DNA of 64,000 nt, taken from Terrimicrobiaceae bacterium (GTDB taxonomy: Bacteria > Verrucomicrobiota > Verrucomicrobiia > Chthoniobacterales > Terrimicrobiaceae). The stretch's first letter is position 1. Every line of letters begins with the position of its first letter. Below are positions 36,748-47,157 of this stretch, in pieces. The position numbers and the translations under genes are program-made. The notes under the pieces are model-generated. The model was given only the letters and a program-made list of their open reading frames with translations, was not told the DNA's origin and made no database searches. The stretch covers positions 1 through 64,000 of the forward strand of contig JBGSVZ010000062.1 in NCBI GenBank assembly GCA_041752695.1, in the 5' to 3' direction.

Positions 36748-37977
36748 TTACCGTCGGCGTTTACGCGAACTGCCGAAGGACATTCCCTTGTGCGTCCGCA
36801 CTCCCTTGGCGCCCTTGAGGGCGGCCGTGACCAGATCCTCATTGAAGATGGCGGAATAGACGTAGGGGAAATCCTCGAGCTTCATCCGTGGCACTTTTTG
36901 CGCGATGAAACGTTCGATATCCTTCACGTGAGGCAGTTCCTCGGCGGTCATGATGGTGAAGGCGTCGCCGACATTCTGGGCCCGGCCGGTGCGGCCGATG
37001 CGGTGGACATAATCCTCGGGATGCTGCGGCACGTCGTAGTTGATCACGTGACTCACCCCGGCGATGTCGATACCGCGCGCGGCGATGTCCGTTGCGACCA
37101 TGACCTCGTAGCGGCCGGCTTTGAAACCTTCCAGCGCTTCGACGCGCTCGCTCTGGGTCCGGTTGGAATGCAGGACGGCCACGGAGTGGTTTTCCTTTTT
37201 CAGCTGACGGGAGATCCGGTCCGCTCCGTCCTTGGTGCGGCTGAAAATGAGGACACTGTCAAAATTCGTGCGGGCGAGCAGGGCGATGAGGAGGTCAAAT
37301 TTCTGATCGGCTGCCACGGGGTAAAGCGCGTGATTGACCGTATCCGCCGGCGATTGGCGCGCGCCGATTTCGATTTTTTCCGGGTCCTTCAAGCACCAGG
37401 AGGCCAGGCGGCCGATTTCCTCGGGGACAGTGGCGGAGAAGAGCAGCGTCTGGCGCTTGGTGGGGCATTTTTCGACAATGCGCCGCACGTCAGGGAGGAA
37501 TCCCATGTCGAGCATGCGATCCACTTCATCGAGCACAAGAACTTCCAACGCTGTCAGATCGACTCCGCCTTGTTCCATCAAATCGAGCAGGCGTCCGGGG
37601 GTGGCAGCGATCACATCGCAGCCGGCGGCCAGCATCTCCTTTTGTTTGCCGTAGCCGACGCCGCCATAAATCAGGGCCGTTTCCAGATGCATGAAGCGGG
37701 AAAAATCGCGAAAGGCCGTTTCCACCTGCATGGCGAGTTCGCGGGTGGGCTCGAGGATGAGGCAGCGGGGCTGTTGTTTGGGCGAGTCCAGGCGCGACAG
37801 GATAGGCAGGCCGAAGGCGGCGGTTTTCCCTGTGCCGGTCTGGGCCGAGGCGATCAAATCCCGACCCGCCAAAATGACGGGAATGGCCCGAAGCTGAATG
37901 GGTGAGGGATCGAGATACCCCATGCGCTGAACTCCATGCACGACGGCATCCGATAATCCCAAGTCTTGAAACGACAT
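36748..37977 (-). CDS. DEAD/DEAH-box RNA helicase (RhlE-like)
   Basis: AQTGTGKT, PTRELA, DEVD, SAT, ARGID and HRIGRTGR motifs. Confidence 0.95.
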   Translation of the reverse strand: MSFQDLGLSDAVVHGVQRMGYLDPSPIQLRAIPVILAGRDLIASAQTGTGKTAAFGLPILSRLDSPKQQPRCLILEPTRELAMQVETAFRDFSRFMHLETALIYGGVGYGKQKEMLAAGCDVIAATPGRLLDLMEQGGVDLTALEVLVLDEVDRMLDMGFLPDVRRIVEKCPTKRQTLLFSATVPEEIGRLASWCLKDPEKIEIGARQSPADTVNHALYPVAADQKFDLLIALLARTNFDSVLIFSRTKDGADRISRQLKKENHSVAVLHSNRTQSERVEALEGFKAGRYEVMVATDIAARGIDIAGVSHVINYDVPQHPEDYVHRIGRTGRAQNVGDAFTIMTAEELPHVKDIERFIAQKVPRMKLEDFPYVYSAIFNEDLVTAALKGAKGVRTHKGMSFGSSRKRRR

Positions 37978-38027
37978 ATACGGAGGTGTGATTATCAGAT
38001 TTTTCCCATCCACGCCCACATATTTCG

Positions 38028-38861
38028 TCAGGCGTCGCCTTCCGCCGCCCTCGCACGAATGGCACCGTCCGCGGAAATCCGCCCGCTCCTCTTCCCCTCA
38101 CGAGCCTGAAAGTGCCGCATGGCTTCGGCCACTCCGTCGGCCCAGCGGGACCTGGCGACATAACCGCCGGAGGCCCGAACGGCGTCTTTCACCAGCGCGA
38201 TGGCGTTGGAAGGGCACGCGGTCATGGCCGCCGCCAATCCATCCAGCATCGAGAGGTCATTGTAGTGGTCCCCGGCGGCCAGCACGTCTTCCCGCGCCAC
38301 GCCTTCCAGTCGGCACAGCTCTTCCAAAGCCGCACCCTTGTGGTAGTCGCGGTGGCAAAAACGCAGATAGATCGTGTTGCGCTGAAACGTAAACTCCGGG
38401 TGGTGGGCGGCCGCCCGCTCGATCTCTCCCGCCACCCGCTCCATCACCTCTTCCGTCGTGGTGATCAGTCCCGCGGGCAGGTCGTTTTCGTAGAGAAGGG
38501 AAAAGTGGGGAATTTCCTCCGCCAGTTCGTGCACGAAAGAAAAAATTTTGTCCGCTTCCTGGAAAAGTTCCGTGTGCCGCTGACGGCAGGTTTCATTCCA
38601 GGGACCATGCGCGACCCATCCGATTCCCTCTCCCCGGCGGAAGACATCGCGTTCATTGGTCAGCAAAAAATCCGGGGAGACTGGTGGACGGAAATGTTCG
38701 AGCCCCTGCAGGGTGTGTTCCAGGCTGCGGCCGGTATTAATCGCCCAGAGCCCGCCCCGGCCCGCATGGTCGTCCAGCGCGGCGGCAAAGGACGCGGAAC
38801 ACCGGCCTTCCGTTCCCGGCTCGATCAGAGTGCCGTCAAAATCGGTGCTGATCAATCTCAT
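38028..38861 (-). CDS. HAD superfamily hydrolase, subfamily IIB
   Basis: STDFDGTL, NTGR, HKG and GDHYNDLSML motifs. Confidence 0.9.
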   Translation of the reverse strand: MRLISTDFDGTLIEPGTEGRCSASFAAALDDHAGRGGLWAINTGRSLEHTLQGLEHFRPPVSPDFLLTNERDVFRRGEGIGWVAHGPWNETCRQRHTELFQEADKIFSFVHELAEEIPHFSLLYENDLPAGLITTTEEVMERVAGEIERAAAHHPEFTFQRNTIYLRFCHRDYHKGAALEELCRLEGVAREDVLAAGDHYNDLSMLDGLAAAMTACPSNAIALVKDAVRASGGYVARSRWADGVAEAMRHFQAREGKRSGRISADGAIRARAAEGDA

Positions 38862-38939
38862 GAGCGGCGAAATCTACACCGAATCATTCGTCCGGCAATT
38901 TTTCTGTGCCGGTGCGCGTCCCCAGCGTAAGCTGTCATG

Positions 38940-39212
38940 ATGAAATCCGCCTACGAACTCGCCATGAGCCGGCTCGAAAAACAAGCACCCACCCGCGAAC
39001 TCGCCGAGGACAAAAAGGCCCTCATCGCCGAGGTGGATTCCGAGATCACGGCGAAGATCGCCGAGAAAAAAGTCTTTTTGGAAGGGGAGATCAAAAAGTC
39101 CGCCGGCGACCCACTGGCCCAGGACGAACTGCGCCGCCAGCTCGCTTCGGAAATCGCCCGCCTGGAGGAAAAACGAGAGCAGAAGAAGCAGAAGATCCGC
39201 GACGGCGAATAG
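38940..39212 (+). CDS. Small coiled-coil hypothetical protein
   Basis: MKSAYELAMSRL..., charged helical sequence; TAAGCT 6 nt before ATG 38940 (alternative start 38937). Confidence 0.8.
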   Translation: MKSAYELAMSRLEKQAPTRELAEDKKALIAEVDSEITAKIAEKKVFLEGEIKKSAGDPLAQDELRRQLASEIARLEEKREQKKQKIRDGE

Positions 39213-39341
39213 AGCGAACTCCGAACTGGGAACGAGGATCGGGGAGGGGAAAGCGGCTTTCCGCCTGCCTCGGGATCGTTCGGCGAGAGCAATTTTGATG
39301 CGCCGGTTGAGCGCGGCGGGCCTTTGACCCGCTCCATGGGC

Positions 39342-40706
39342 CTACGCTGGTTCGGCGACGAGGTCGTAGACTTGCGAGCCGGTCACCCGTGCGTTGATAA
39401 ATTCCCCCACGGGAGAATTGCGGGTGAGGACGACCCGGCAGTCGACGTCGGGCGCATCGTGTTCGCTGCGGGCGATGCGGGGTTGTTCGACCAGAACGCG
39501 AACGATTTTTCCCTGCTGGGCGGCGGCAATTTCCGATGCGATGCGCTGCTGGAGTTTCATCGCCTCGCGGTGGCGGCGGTTTTTGATTTTGTCGGGCACC
39601 TGGGCCTCCATTTTCGCCGCACGCGATCCCTCTTCCTGCGAGTAAGCAAAGATCCCGAGCCGTTCAAAACGCACGGTTTCCAAAAACTCCAGCAAAGAGG
39701 AAAAGTGTTCTTCGGTTTCTCCGGGAAATCCGACAATGAACGTCGTGCGAATGGCCAGGCCGGGGATACCGGCGCGGAGCCTGGCGATCAGATTTTCGAT
39801 GTGTTCGCGGGACGTCTCCCGGCGCATGGTCGCCAGCATGTCGCCGTGGATGTGCTGGAGGGGCATATCCACGTATTTGGCCACTTTGGGATTCCGTGCA
39901 ATGGCCGCAATCAACTCGTCGCTCCAGTGCGCGGGGTGGGTGTAGAGCAGGCGGATCCAGAAGTCGCCTTCGATCTGCCCAAGATCATCGAGCAGGCTCA
40001 CCAACGTGGGACCACGGGTCGAGTCAATCGGCTGGCGCGGCCCTGCCTTTTGCTCCCAGAGGTCCATGCCGAAGTAGGTGGTGTCCTGACTGATCAGGTT
40101 GATCTCCTTCACGCCGTCGGAAACGAGATGGCGCACTTCCGCGGCCACGGATCCAATCGTGCGGCTGCGATGGCGTCCGCGCATCTGCGGAATCACACAA
40201 AAGCTGCAGGGGTGATTGCAGCCCTCCGCGATTTTTACGTACGTCGTGTGCCGCGGGGTCAGGCGGAAGCGCGGGGTGTCGTAGTCGGGGATGTATTTCG
40301 AGCGCGGAGAAATGAGGGAAAACGGCGTAGGGTCTTTCTTGGCCAGCACTTCGTGGAAAATTTCGCCCGCGGCCGTGATCTGGTCGAGGCCGATGAAGGC
40401 GTCCACTTCGGGCAGTTCGCGAGCCAGTTCGTCGCGGTAGCGCTGGGCCAGACAGCCGCTGACGATGAGTTTCTGCTCCGGCCGCCGCCTCGCTTCGAGA
40501 ATGGCGTCGATCGATTCCTGTTTGGCGGAATCGATGAAACCACAGGTATTCACGACGATCACGTCCGCCTCGTCGGCGTCCGCGGTCACTTCAAATCCCC
40601 GCGTGGCGGCACCACCGAGCATGATCTCGGCGTCGACCAGATTTTTCGCGCAGCCGAGGCTGATCATTCCGACCTTGGGAGGCCGGGCTTTGGCAACTAG
40701 ACTCAT
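39342..40706 (-). CDS. rimO: Ribosomal protein S12 methylthiotransferase
   Basis: SLGCAKNLVD, NTCGFI, EGCNHPCSFC radical SAM motif, APDVD and TRAM domain. Confidence 0.96.
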   Translation of the reverse strand: MSLVAKARPPKVGMISLGCAKNLVDAEIMLGGAATRGFEVTADADEADVIVVNTCGFIDSAKQESIDAILEARRRPEQKLIVSGCLAQRYRDELARELPEVDAFIGLDQITAAGEIFHEVLAKKDPTPFSLISPRSKYIPDYDTPRFRLTPRHTTYVKIAEGCNHPCSFCVIPQMRGRHRSRTIGSVAAEVRHLVSDGVKEINLISQDTTYFGMDLWEQKAGPRQPIDSTRGPTLVSLLDDLGQIEGDFWIRLLYTHPAHWSDELIAAIARNPKVAKYVDMPLQHIHGDMLATMRRETSREHIENLIARLRAGIPGLAIRTTFIVGFPGETEEHFSSLLEFLETVRFERLGIFAYSQEEGSRAAKMEAQVPDKIKNRRHREAMKLQQRIASEIAAAQQGKIVRVLVEQPRIARSEHDAPDVDCRVVLTRNSPVGEFINARVTGSQVYDLVAEPA

Positions 40707-40718
40707 TACGACCGCGGG

Positions 40719-41411
40719 TTACTGGACCCGGCCGTCCGGGTCAAGCCCGCCGCCAACAAAAAATGCCGCCCGCTCGTCCGGGGTGGCGGCCGGAGTTGCC
40801 AGATTGGCGGAGACTGGCGCAAAGACTTCCAAGGTGTTTTCGGAGAGGGATTCGTTCAAAATGGCCACATCCTCTGCCACCAGGGCGGGGGCCGGAGGCG
40901 GCGGGGCGGGAACGGCTTCCGCCGGTTTGATTTCGGCGCTTTCCGCCGGCTGACCGAGACCGAGGCTGTCGAGTTTGCGAATGGTCAATACGAGCTGCAG
41001 GGCCAGAAAACCGATCACCAACACGGCGGTGGCGGCAATTAACGCAGGGAATAGGCGACGGCGGGGTTTGATCCGGCGAGCGGCCGGAACGGTGACGCTG
41101 TCCACGCCCAATTCGTCCAGATATTGATACCCCCCTGCGCCGCACTCGCCGCTTTCCGGCAGGTCGGCTTTGATGTCCGCCATGGCCACTCCGAGGTATT
41201 TGGCGTAGTCGCGGAGAAACATCCGGGCGTAACTCGGATGGGGACAATGGGAATAATCGTCCGCCTCCAATTCCCGCAGCCGTTGCGCACGGATCCGGGT
41301 GTCGTGCGCCGCCTTTTCCAGGGGCAATCCCCGCTTCTCCCGGGCGGCGGCCAGCCGCTGCCCCAAAGTCTTTCCATCTTCCTGATTTACAATGCTTTCA
41401 ATGCGAGCCAT
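40719..41411 (-). CDS. RodZ-like HTH membrane protein
   Basis: TLGQRLAAAREKRGL...YARMFLRDYAKYLG HTH, TM helix, adjacent to rimO. Confidence 0.8.
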   Translation of the reverse strand: MARIESIVNQEDGKTLGQRLAAAREKRGLPLEKAAHDTRIRAQRLRELEADDYSHCPHPSYARMFLRDYAKYLGVAMADIKADLPESGECGAGGYQYLDELGVDSVTVPAARRIKPRRRLFPALIAATAVLVIGFLALQLVLTIRKLDSLGLGQPAESAEIKPAEAVPAPPPPAPALVAEDVAILNESLSENTLEVFAPVSANLATPAATPDERAAFFVGGGLDPDGRVQ

Positions 41412-41635
41412 GGCTGCAAAAATTCCTGGTGTTTGTTTGTCGTCCCGAAACAAAGTTGCGTAATTGCGGGGCCCGGCAGACCGGGGGGTGTTGCATGCCG
41501 CACTACGTTCATCTTGATTGTTGTTCATTCCGCCTTTTCTTCGAAAACACAAGGGAAAAACCCTGGCGTTGAGGGGAATTGCGCGATTTCTTCCGATCGC
41601 AACTGGTTATGGGCCTTCCGGTCCCGCAAGCGGGT

Positions 41636-43561
41636 CTATTTGGGGACCGGCGGGGGATACATCTCGGTGATGAGATGGGTGTTTTCGTCGGTGACAACGT
41701 GGCGCTTGAGTTTGAAGGTGGCGGTGAGTTCGGTGCCGACCTCAAATGGCTTGGAAAGAAACCGGAAGTCGGCGATTCGCTCGAAACTTTTGAAGCCATT
41801 TTCCGCGCTCACGATCCGGCGGATTTCGGCGTCGAGCAATTCCCGAGCCTTGGGATTGGCGGCAAGTTCCATGGTGTTGGCGGCCTGGACGCCCGCGGCG
41901 CGGAAACCGTCCATCGCGGGAACAATGAGGGCACCGAGATGTTTCTGGTCCTGGCCGACCACCATGCAGTGGTCGATGAGCGGCGAATGCACCAGGCAGC
42001 TTTCGATCGGGGTGGGTTCGACGTTTTCCCCGTTGAGCAGCACGATGGTATCCTTCGAACGGCCCAGAATCTTCAGACAATCGTTGAAGGTCACCATCCC
42101 AATATCCCCGGTGTTGAACCACCCGTCCCGCAGCACGCGCGAGGTGGTCTCGGGATCTTTGTAATATCCGCGCATGATCTGGGGGCCGCGCGCGTGGATC
42201 TCGCCCCGCCGTCCGCGGCCTTTGTCGCGCCGGGAGTGGTCGGGATAGAGCACCTGGCCGGTATTCAAATCGACGATGCGGATCTGGGTTTCCGGGTAAA
42301 GCGGACCGACGGTCCCGATGACCAGATTTTTCCAGGTGCGAACGGCCAGCACGGGAGAGGTTTCCGTGAGCCCATATCCTTCCAGCACCGGGATGCCGAT
42401 GAAGTTGAAAAACTCATCCACGTGGGGCTGCAGCGCGCCGCCGCCGGAGATCGTGCCGCGGAAATCCCCGCAGCCAACGGCTTCGCGGAGTTTTGTAAGA
42501 ACGATGACATCGAGGATGCGGTGGGGGATGAAAAACAAGATCCACCTCGCCAGATGCGCGACGCCGCGGGACACATTTTCCGCCAGGCCTCGGCCTACGA
42601 GGTCGAGTTCCTGGCCGACGAAAAACCGCTCGGCGCGTTTCACGTGCGAGGTGCTGGCGCGGGCGGCGCGAAAGAGGGCGCGGCGGAACGGCGATGCCTT
42701 TTCGATGCGATCCATCAGCTTCTGGTAGAGATTCTCCCAGAGCCTCGGTGCGGAGGCCATCATGGTCGGACGAACCGTCTTCAGGTCCTCGCCGATATGG
42801 CGGATGCTGGTGTAATAACAACAGGCTCCCATGCCGATCGCCACCATTTCGAAGACCCGTTCGTAGCTGTGCCAGACCGGCAGGATGGAAAGCGTGCGAT
42901 CGCCCGGTAGAAGATCGAAGGGCAGGTTGCGAATCTGCGAAGCCATATTGGCGTGGGTGAGTTGCACGCCCTTGGGGGTTCCTGTGGTACCCGAGGTATA
43001 GATGATGGTGAAAAGATCGTCAGGTTTCACGCCATCGGCACGTTCCTCCGCCCGGCGGTCGCCTTCCGCCCGCCGCTTCGCCCCAAGAGCGATCACCTCG
43101 TCCAGCTTCCGCACGCCTGCCGGGGCCGTCGCCTTCGGATCCATCAGGATGATCGTTTCCACGCGTGGCACGTCAGCGCGAACGCTGTCGAATTTGGCCA
43201 GCATCGCGGCATTTTCCAGAAACACAAAACGCACGTCCGCGTGGTTGAGAATGTAGGTGATTTCCGCGCCGGTAACGTCCGTTCCGCGCGGCACGTCGGC
43301 GCATCCGGCAAGCTGCACGCCGGCGTCGCAAAGGATCCACTCCAGGCGATTGTCCGCCAGGAGTCCGACGTGTTCGCGGGCGTTGAGTCCGAGTTCGATC
43401 AGCCCTGTGGCCAGTGCCAGGCCGCGGTCGTAAAGCTCTTGATAAGTGATGGCCTGATATTTGCCGCCGATGTCTTTGGCGGCGAAGGAAGGCAGTTCGC
43501 CGAACTCCGCCGCGGCGGCCCGATACAACCCGGCCAGGGTTTCAACATTAAGGCGTGCCAT
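41636..43561 (-). CDS. Long-chain fatty acid-CoA ligase
   Basis: YTSGTTGTPKGV, EGYGLTETSP, WFNTGD and GRSKD motifs. Confidence 0.92.
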   Translation of the reverse strand: MARLNVETLAGLYRAAAAEFGELPSFAAKDIGGKYQAITYQELYDRGLALATGLIELGLNAREHVGLLADNRLEWILCDAGVQLAGCADVPRGTDVTGAEITYILNHADVRFVFLENAAMLAKFDSVRADVPRVETIILMDPKATAPAGVRKLDEVIALGAKRRAEGDRRAEERADGVKPDDLFTIIYTSGTTGTPKGVQLTHANMASQIRNLPFDLLPGDRTLSILPVWHSYERVFEMVAIGMGACCYYTSIRHIGEDLKTVRPTMMASAPRLWENLYQKLMDRIEKASPFRRALFRAARASTSHVKRAERFFVGQELDLVGRGLAENVSRGVAHLARWILFFIPHRILDVIVLTKLREAVGCGDFRGTISGGGALQPHVDEFFNFIGIPVLEGYGLTETSPVLAVRTWKNLVIGTVGPLYPETQIRIVDLNTGQVLYPDHSRRDKGRGRRGEIHARGPQIMRGYYKDPETTSRVLRDGWFNTGDIGMVTFNDCLKILGRSKDTIVLLNGENVEPTPIESCLVHSPLIDHCMVVGQDQKHLGALIVPAMDGFRAAGVQAANTMELAANPKARELLDAEIRRIVSAENGFKSFERIADFRFLSKPFEVGTELTATFKLKRHVVTDENTHLITEMYPPPVPK

Positions 43562-43570
43562 GAAAAAAAC

Positions 43571-43822
43571 TCAGCGGCGGGTGGGAGGCTGGGGCGGGGG
43601 ATTGCCGGACTCGCGGAAGACAATCCGCGCCTTGGTCAGGTCGTAGGGCGAGATTTCCACCGTCACACTGTCACCGGGGACGATGCGGATGAAATTTTTG
43701 CGCATCTTGCCGGAGATATGCGCCAGCATCACGTGGCCGTTCGCGAGTTTGACCCGGAACATTGTTCCAGGCAACACATCGACCACCACACCTTCAGCGG
43801 AAATGTATTCGTCTTTTGCCAC
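43571..43822 (-). CDS. infA: Translation initiation factor IF-1
   Basis: MAKDEYI...[15 protein letters not shown]...[10 protein letters not shown]. Confidence 0.98.
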   Translation of the reverse strand: MAKDEYISAEGVVVDVLPGTMFRVKLANGHVMLAHISGKMRKNFIRIVPGDSVTVEISPYDLTKARIVFRESGNPPPQPPTRR

Positions 43823-43837
43823 AGGGGTGCTTCGTCT

Positions 43838-44914
43838 CTAGCGGAAGTTCGGTTCGAAATCAACCCAGCGCACAAGGGGGGCGAGAGTTTGTTTTCCCTC
43901 CTGGTGCCAGGTCAGGGGCGGGGCCTGCATCTGACCGACCGGACAGATGCGCGAGGGGTGCAGCGCGGCGACCGTTTCGGCCCCCTCTGGCGTGGCTGGC
44001 CAGATGCCCACTGCGGCCAGCCAGGTCTGGGCGGGACCCAAGGAAGCCTTCAGGTCATCTGGGAGTGGTTTGACAAAAACCACCCGATTCAGGCAGGAGG
44101 CCGCGAACCAGGGGTCGTTCTCGAAGATGACTGTCCAGGCCGACGAACCCGCACTTTCCCAGATCGCCACGCGGGGATCACTGGCGGCGCGGAACCGATA
44201 GTTGGCGCGAACGTCGGAGATCTCGGCGACTTCCCGGGTTGTCACCGGCCCGCGGGGATCGCGCGCCTCGTAGCGCTGCATTTCCTCCGCCAGCCTGGCG
44301 GCGAAAGCGCGTGCGTCCCCCGCGACATAAACATCGTGCGGGGACAGGCAGCCTTTTTGATTAAACTGTGAAACATCCTGCGCCACCGCCGCCACAACCT
44401 CCTGCGGGGCCGCTGCGAAAATCGCGCAAAAACTCACCCGATGCGGGTGGGCTTCAAAGATCACGCCGGACCGGACGCGTTTGCGAAAATGGGCGACGGT
44501 TTCGTCGGAGCCGAAAACCACCACGGCGCCGGCTTCCCGCAGCCAGTCATCCCGCAGATGCGATTCGACGACGACCCGATCCCGAAGCGCGGCCGGTAGG
44601 CGGGCCAGGAAATCGCCGACCTCCGGCAGTCCCTCCGCGGGGATTTTTACCAGATTGCGCGCGCCGAGCAGGAGTCCGCGCATAAGGCTCTGCAAGGCGG
44701 CGTGGGGGGTGTTGCCGCTGACGATGTGCAAAATCGGCTGCACTGGGAGGGCGCGCGAAAAATGCGCTCCGTAGGGACGGAAGCCGTCGAGAATTTCGGC
44801 ATGTCCCAATTCCAGGCGGACCACCTCGAGCAGGTCCTCCATGGACACCGGACCGAGCAGCGGAAAATATCCCGCCGCCTCCGCCAGCGCGCTCGCCCGT
44901 TCGGCGGTGTTCAT
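43838..44914 (-). CDS. LuxC-like acyl-CoA reductase
   Basis: LHIVSGN, VVFGSDET, FNQKGCLSP and RICPVGQMQAP...W.QEG motifs. Confidence 0.8.
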   Translation of the reverse strand: MNTAERASALAEAAGYFPLLGPVSMEDLLEVVRLELGHAEILDGFRPYGAHFSRALPVQPILHIVSGNTPHAALQSLMRGLLLGARNLVKIPAEGLPEVGDFLARLPAALRDRVVVESHLRDDWLREAGAVVVFGSDETVAHFRKRVRSGVIFEAHPHRVSFCAIFAAAPQEVVAAVAQDVSQFNQKGCLSPHDVYVAGDARAFAARLAEEMQRYEARDPRGPVTTREVAEISDVRANYRFRAASDPRVAIWESAGSSAWTVIFENDPWFAASCLNRVVFVKPLPDDLKASLGPAQTWLAAVGIWPATPEGAETVAALHPSRICPVGQMQAPPLTWHQEGKQTLAPLVRWVDFEPNFR

Positions 44915-44918
44915 GAAT

Positions 44919-44973
44919 GTTGGAGTCCAGCCTTTAGGCTGCTCGCAGGACACGCTAAAGCGTGGACTCCAAC
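44919..44973. repeat. GGAG-class REP-like hairpin, copy 2
   Basis: GTTGGAGTCCAGCCTTTAGGCTG...CACGCTAAAGCGTGGACTCCAAC. Confidence 0.85.
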
Positions 44974-45007
44974 GGTTCCTCGGCGGATCATCGTCTCGTC
45001 GTCACAC

Positions 45008-45907
45008 TCACCCCGCGCAGAGCATCGCCGCGCCAAAGACGCCTGCGCTGTCGCCCAAGGTGGGTTTGAGGAGCCTGGTCCGGACCTCGCTGTTGAAAGT
45101 GTGCGGCAACACGGCCTCGCGCGTGGCCTCTTCGTAAAGCAGATCAATATTTCCCACCCCTCCGCCAATCACGATGGCGTGCGGATCGAGGATGTTGAGG
45201 ACGACGGCAATGGCCTCGCCGAATTTTTCTCGAAGCCGTTCGAGCGTGGCAACAGCCGCCGCTTCGCCCGCTGCAGCTCGCGCGGCAATCTCCGGCAGCC
45301 GGAGCGTCTCTCCGGTTTGTTCGCGATAAAATCTTTCCAGCGACGGGCCGGCAAAAACGGTTTCGATACAGCCCTGGCGTCCGCAATAGCAGGGGGATGT
45401 TTCGCCGCGAAGGGGGTTGTGTCCCCACTCGCCGGCGATGCCGTGCAGGCCTTCGAGCAGGCTACCATTCACCACCACGCCGCCGCCGACGCCGGTTCCC
45501 AAAATCAGCCCCATCACCACCGCTTCACCACGCGCCGCGCCGAGGGTGGCTTCCGCGAGGGCAAAACAATTCGCGTCGTTCGCCAGGCGCGTCTCCACGC
45601 CTAGAAGCTCTGTGAGATCCGTCCGCAAAGGGCGGCCATTTAAACAGACGGTGTTCGAGTTTTTCAGGGCTCCCGTGGAAGGCTCAGTGGCTCCCGGTGT
45701 GCCGATGCCAATCTTATCCGGCCGCTTTGTCCCGGAGACGTCCTCCAACTGGCGGACGACCGAGGCGATCTGGCTCAAGACATGGTCGTAGCCCCGGGCA
45801 CTTTCTGTTGGAACACGCAGGCGATGAACCGCCCTGTCCGGCCGCTCCGGATCGAGGATGGCTCCCTCGATTTTCGTTCCGCCGAGGTCAATGCCCCAGA
45901 GGTGCAT
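45008..45907 (-). CDS. ROK family sugar kinase (fructokinase/Mak-like)
   Basis: GIDLGGTKIE, NDANCFALAE, GTGVGGG, GEWGH...CYCG...C.E and GVFGAA motifs. Confidence 0.92.
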   Translation of the reverse strand: MHLWGIDLGGTKIEGAILDPERPDRAVHRLRVPTESARGYDHVLSQIASVVRQLEDVSGTKRPDKIGIGTPGATEPSTGALKNSNTVCLNGRPLRTDLTELLGVETRLANDANCFALAEATLGAARGEAVVMGLILGTGVGGGVVVNGSLLEGLHGIAGEWGHNPLRGETSPCYCGRQGCIETVFAGPSLERFYREQTGETLRLPEIAARAAAGEAAAVATLERLREKFGEAIAVVLNILDPHAIVIGGGVGNIDLLYEEATREAVLPHTFNSEVRTRLLKPTLGDSAGVFGAAMLCAG

Positions 45908-47004
45908 CAGACCGACACGCGCATCGGCATGATGACGTAGAGGAAGGGCGTGTTGATCTTCAGCACGCCTGGGCTCATCTCGTCGATCAGCTCGATATGG
46001 ACCTCGTCGTTGGTGAGGTTGCGGAGCGGGTCCATCAAAAATTCCGGATTGAAGGCAATCGAGATGTCCCGGCCGCGATAGGCCACGGCAATCGCTTCGC
46101 GCGCTTCGCCGACTTCGGGCGTGTTTGCGGTGATATCGAGATTGTTCTTTGAAAAATTCAGGCGGACCGAACTGGTCTTGTCGCTGCTGAGCAAAGCCAC
46201 GCGTTTGACGCTGGTGAGAAACGCTTCGCGTTCGAGCGTGATCCGTTCCTTGGCCTCGCCCGGAATCACCTGACGGTAATTCGGGTAGTTGCCTTCCACG
46301 AGCTTGGAAACCAGCTGCGCGCCGTTCAGTTCAAAGGAAACGAGATTTTCCGCGACGGAAATCTGCACTTCCCCGTCGTCCGTGAGCAAACGCTGGAGTT
46401 CGGTGACGGCTTTCGTCGGCACAATAAAATCGCGTTCGTGGCTGCGCGGGAATTCGATGTCGCAATCGAAGAGCGCCAGGCGGCGGCCGTCCGTCGCGAC
46501 GAGGGTGAGTTTGTTTTCCTTGAAGGAAAAAAGAATGCCGTTGAGGACGTACCTCGTCTCATCGACGGAGATGCCGTAGGAGGTCTTGCGCAGGCCATCC
46601 TTCAACTCGGACTGCTTGAGCGTGTAGGTCTTGGCTTCCTTGAACGAAGGGAAGGCAGGGAACTCATCCTTGGCCAGGCCGTAGATTTTGAAATAGCTGG
46701 AGCCGCAGCGCAAAGTCGCTGCGTTCTTGGCGTCGGCCTCGAGCGTGATCTCGGAAGCAGGGAGCTCGCGCACGATGGCGGCGAGGCGTCGGGCCGGCAG
46801 CGTCGTCGCTCCGGGCTTTTCCACCTGCGCCGAAATCTCGCAGCGGATGGCCACTTCAAGATCGGTGGTGGTGAGACGCAGACCGGTCTCGGTCGTTTCG
46901 AGCAGGGCATTGGTCAGCACGGGTAATGTCGAGCGCGTGCTGACGACATTTTGAATGCGTTGCAAGCCGTCGAGGAGAGCTTCTTTGGTGACAGCGAACT
47001 TCAT
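45907..47004 (-). CDS. dnaN: DNA polymerase III beta clamp
   Basis: TTDLE, RYVLNG, VATDGRRL, GNYPNY and VIMPMR motifs; follows dnaA. Confidence 0.98.
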   Translation of the reverse strand: MKFAVTKEALLDGLQRIQNVVSTRSTLPVLTNALLETTETGLRLTTTDLEVAIRCEISAQVEKPGATTLPARRLAAIVRELPASEITLEADAKNAATLRCGSSYFKIYGLAKDEFPAFPSFKEAKTYTLKQSELKDGLRKTSYGISVDETRYVLNGILFSFKENKLTLVATDGRRLALFDCDIEFPRSHERDFIVPTKAVTELQRLLTDDGEVQISVAENLVSFELNGAQLVSKLVEGNYPNYRQVIPGEAKERITLEREAFLTSVKRVALLSSDKTSSVRLNFSKNNLDITANTPEVGEAREAIAVAYRGRDISIAFNPEFLMDPLRNLTNDEVHIELIDEMSPGVLKINTPFLYVIMPMRVSV

Positions 47005-47157
47005 GATCGGAATGGGAAAGACTGTGATTTATTGACCGCGCCGTGGGAAGTCAACTACTCGCTGCGCGAGAGTGAAAGGGCCGGGTGAAAGGTGTAAGGG
47101 GGTTGCAATGTCCCGCACGTCTCCCTCGGCCCTAGGCCCCAGGCTCTTTCCCTCGCG

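Noticed and set aside
43838..44914. Bioluminescence (lux) operon
   Set aside because: No luxA, luxB, luxD or luxE nearby; LuxC-like reductases occur in non-luminous bacteria.
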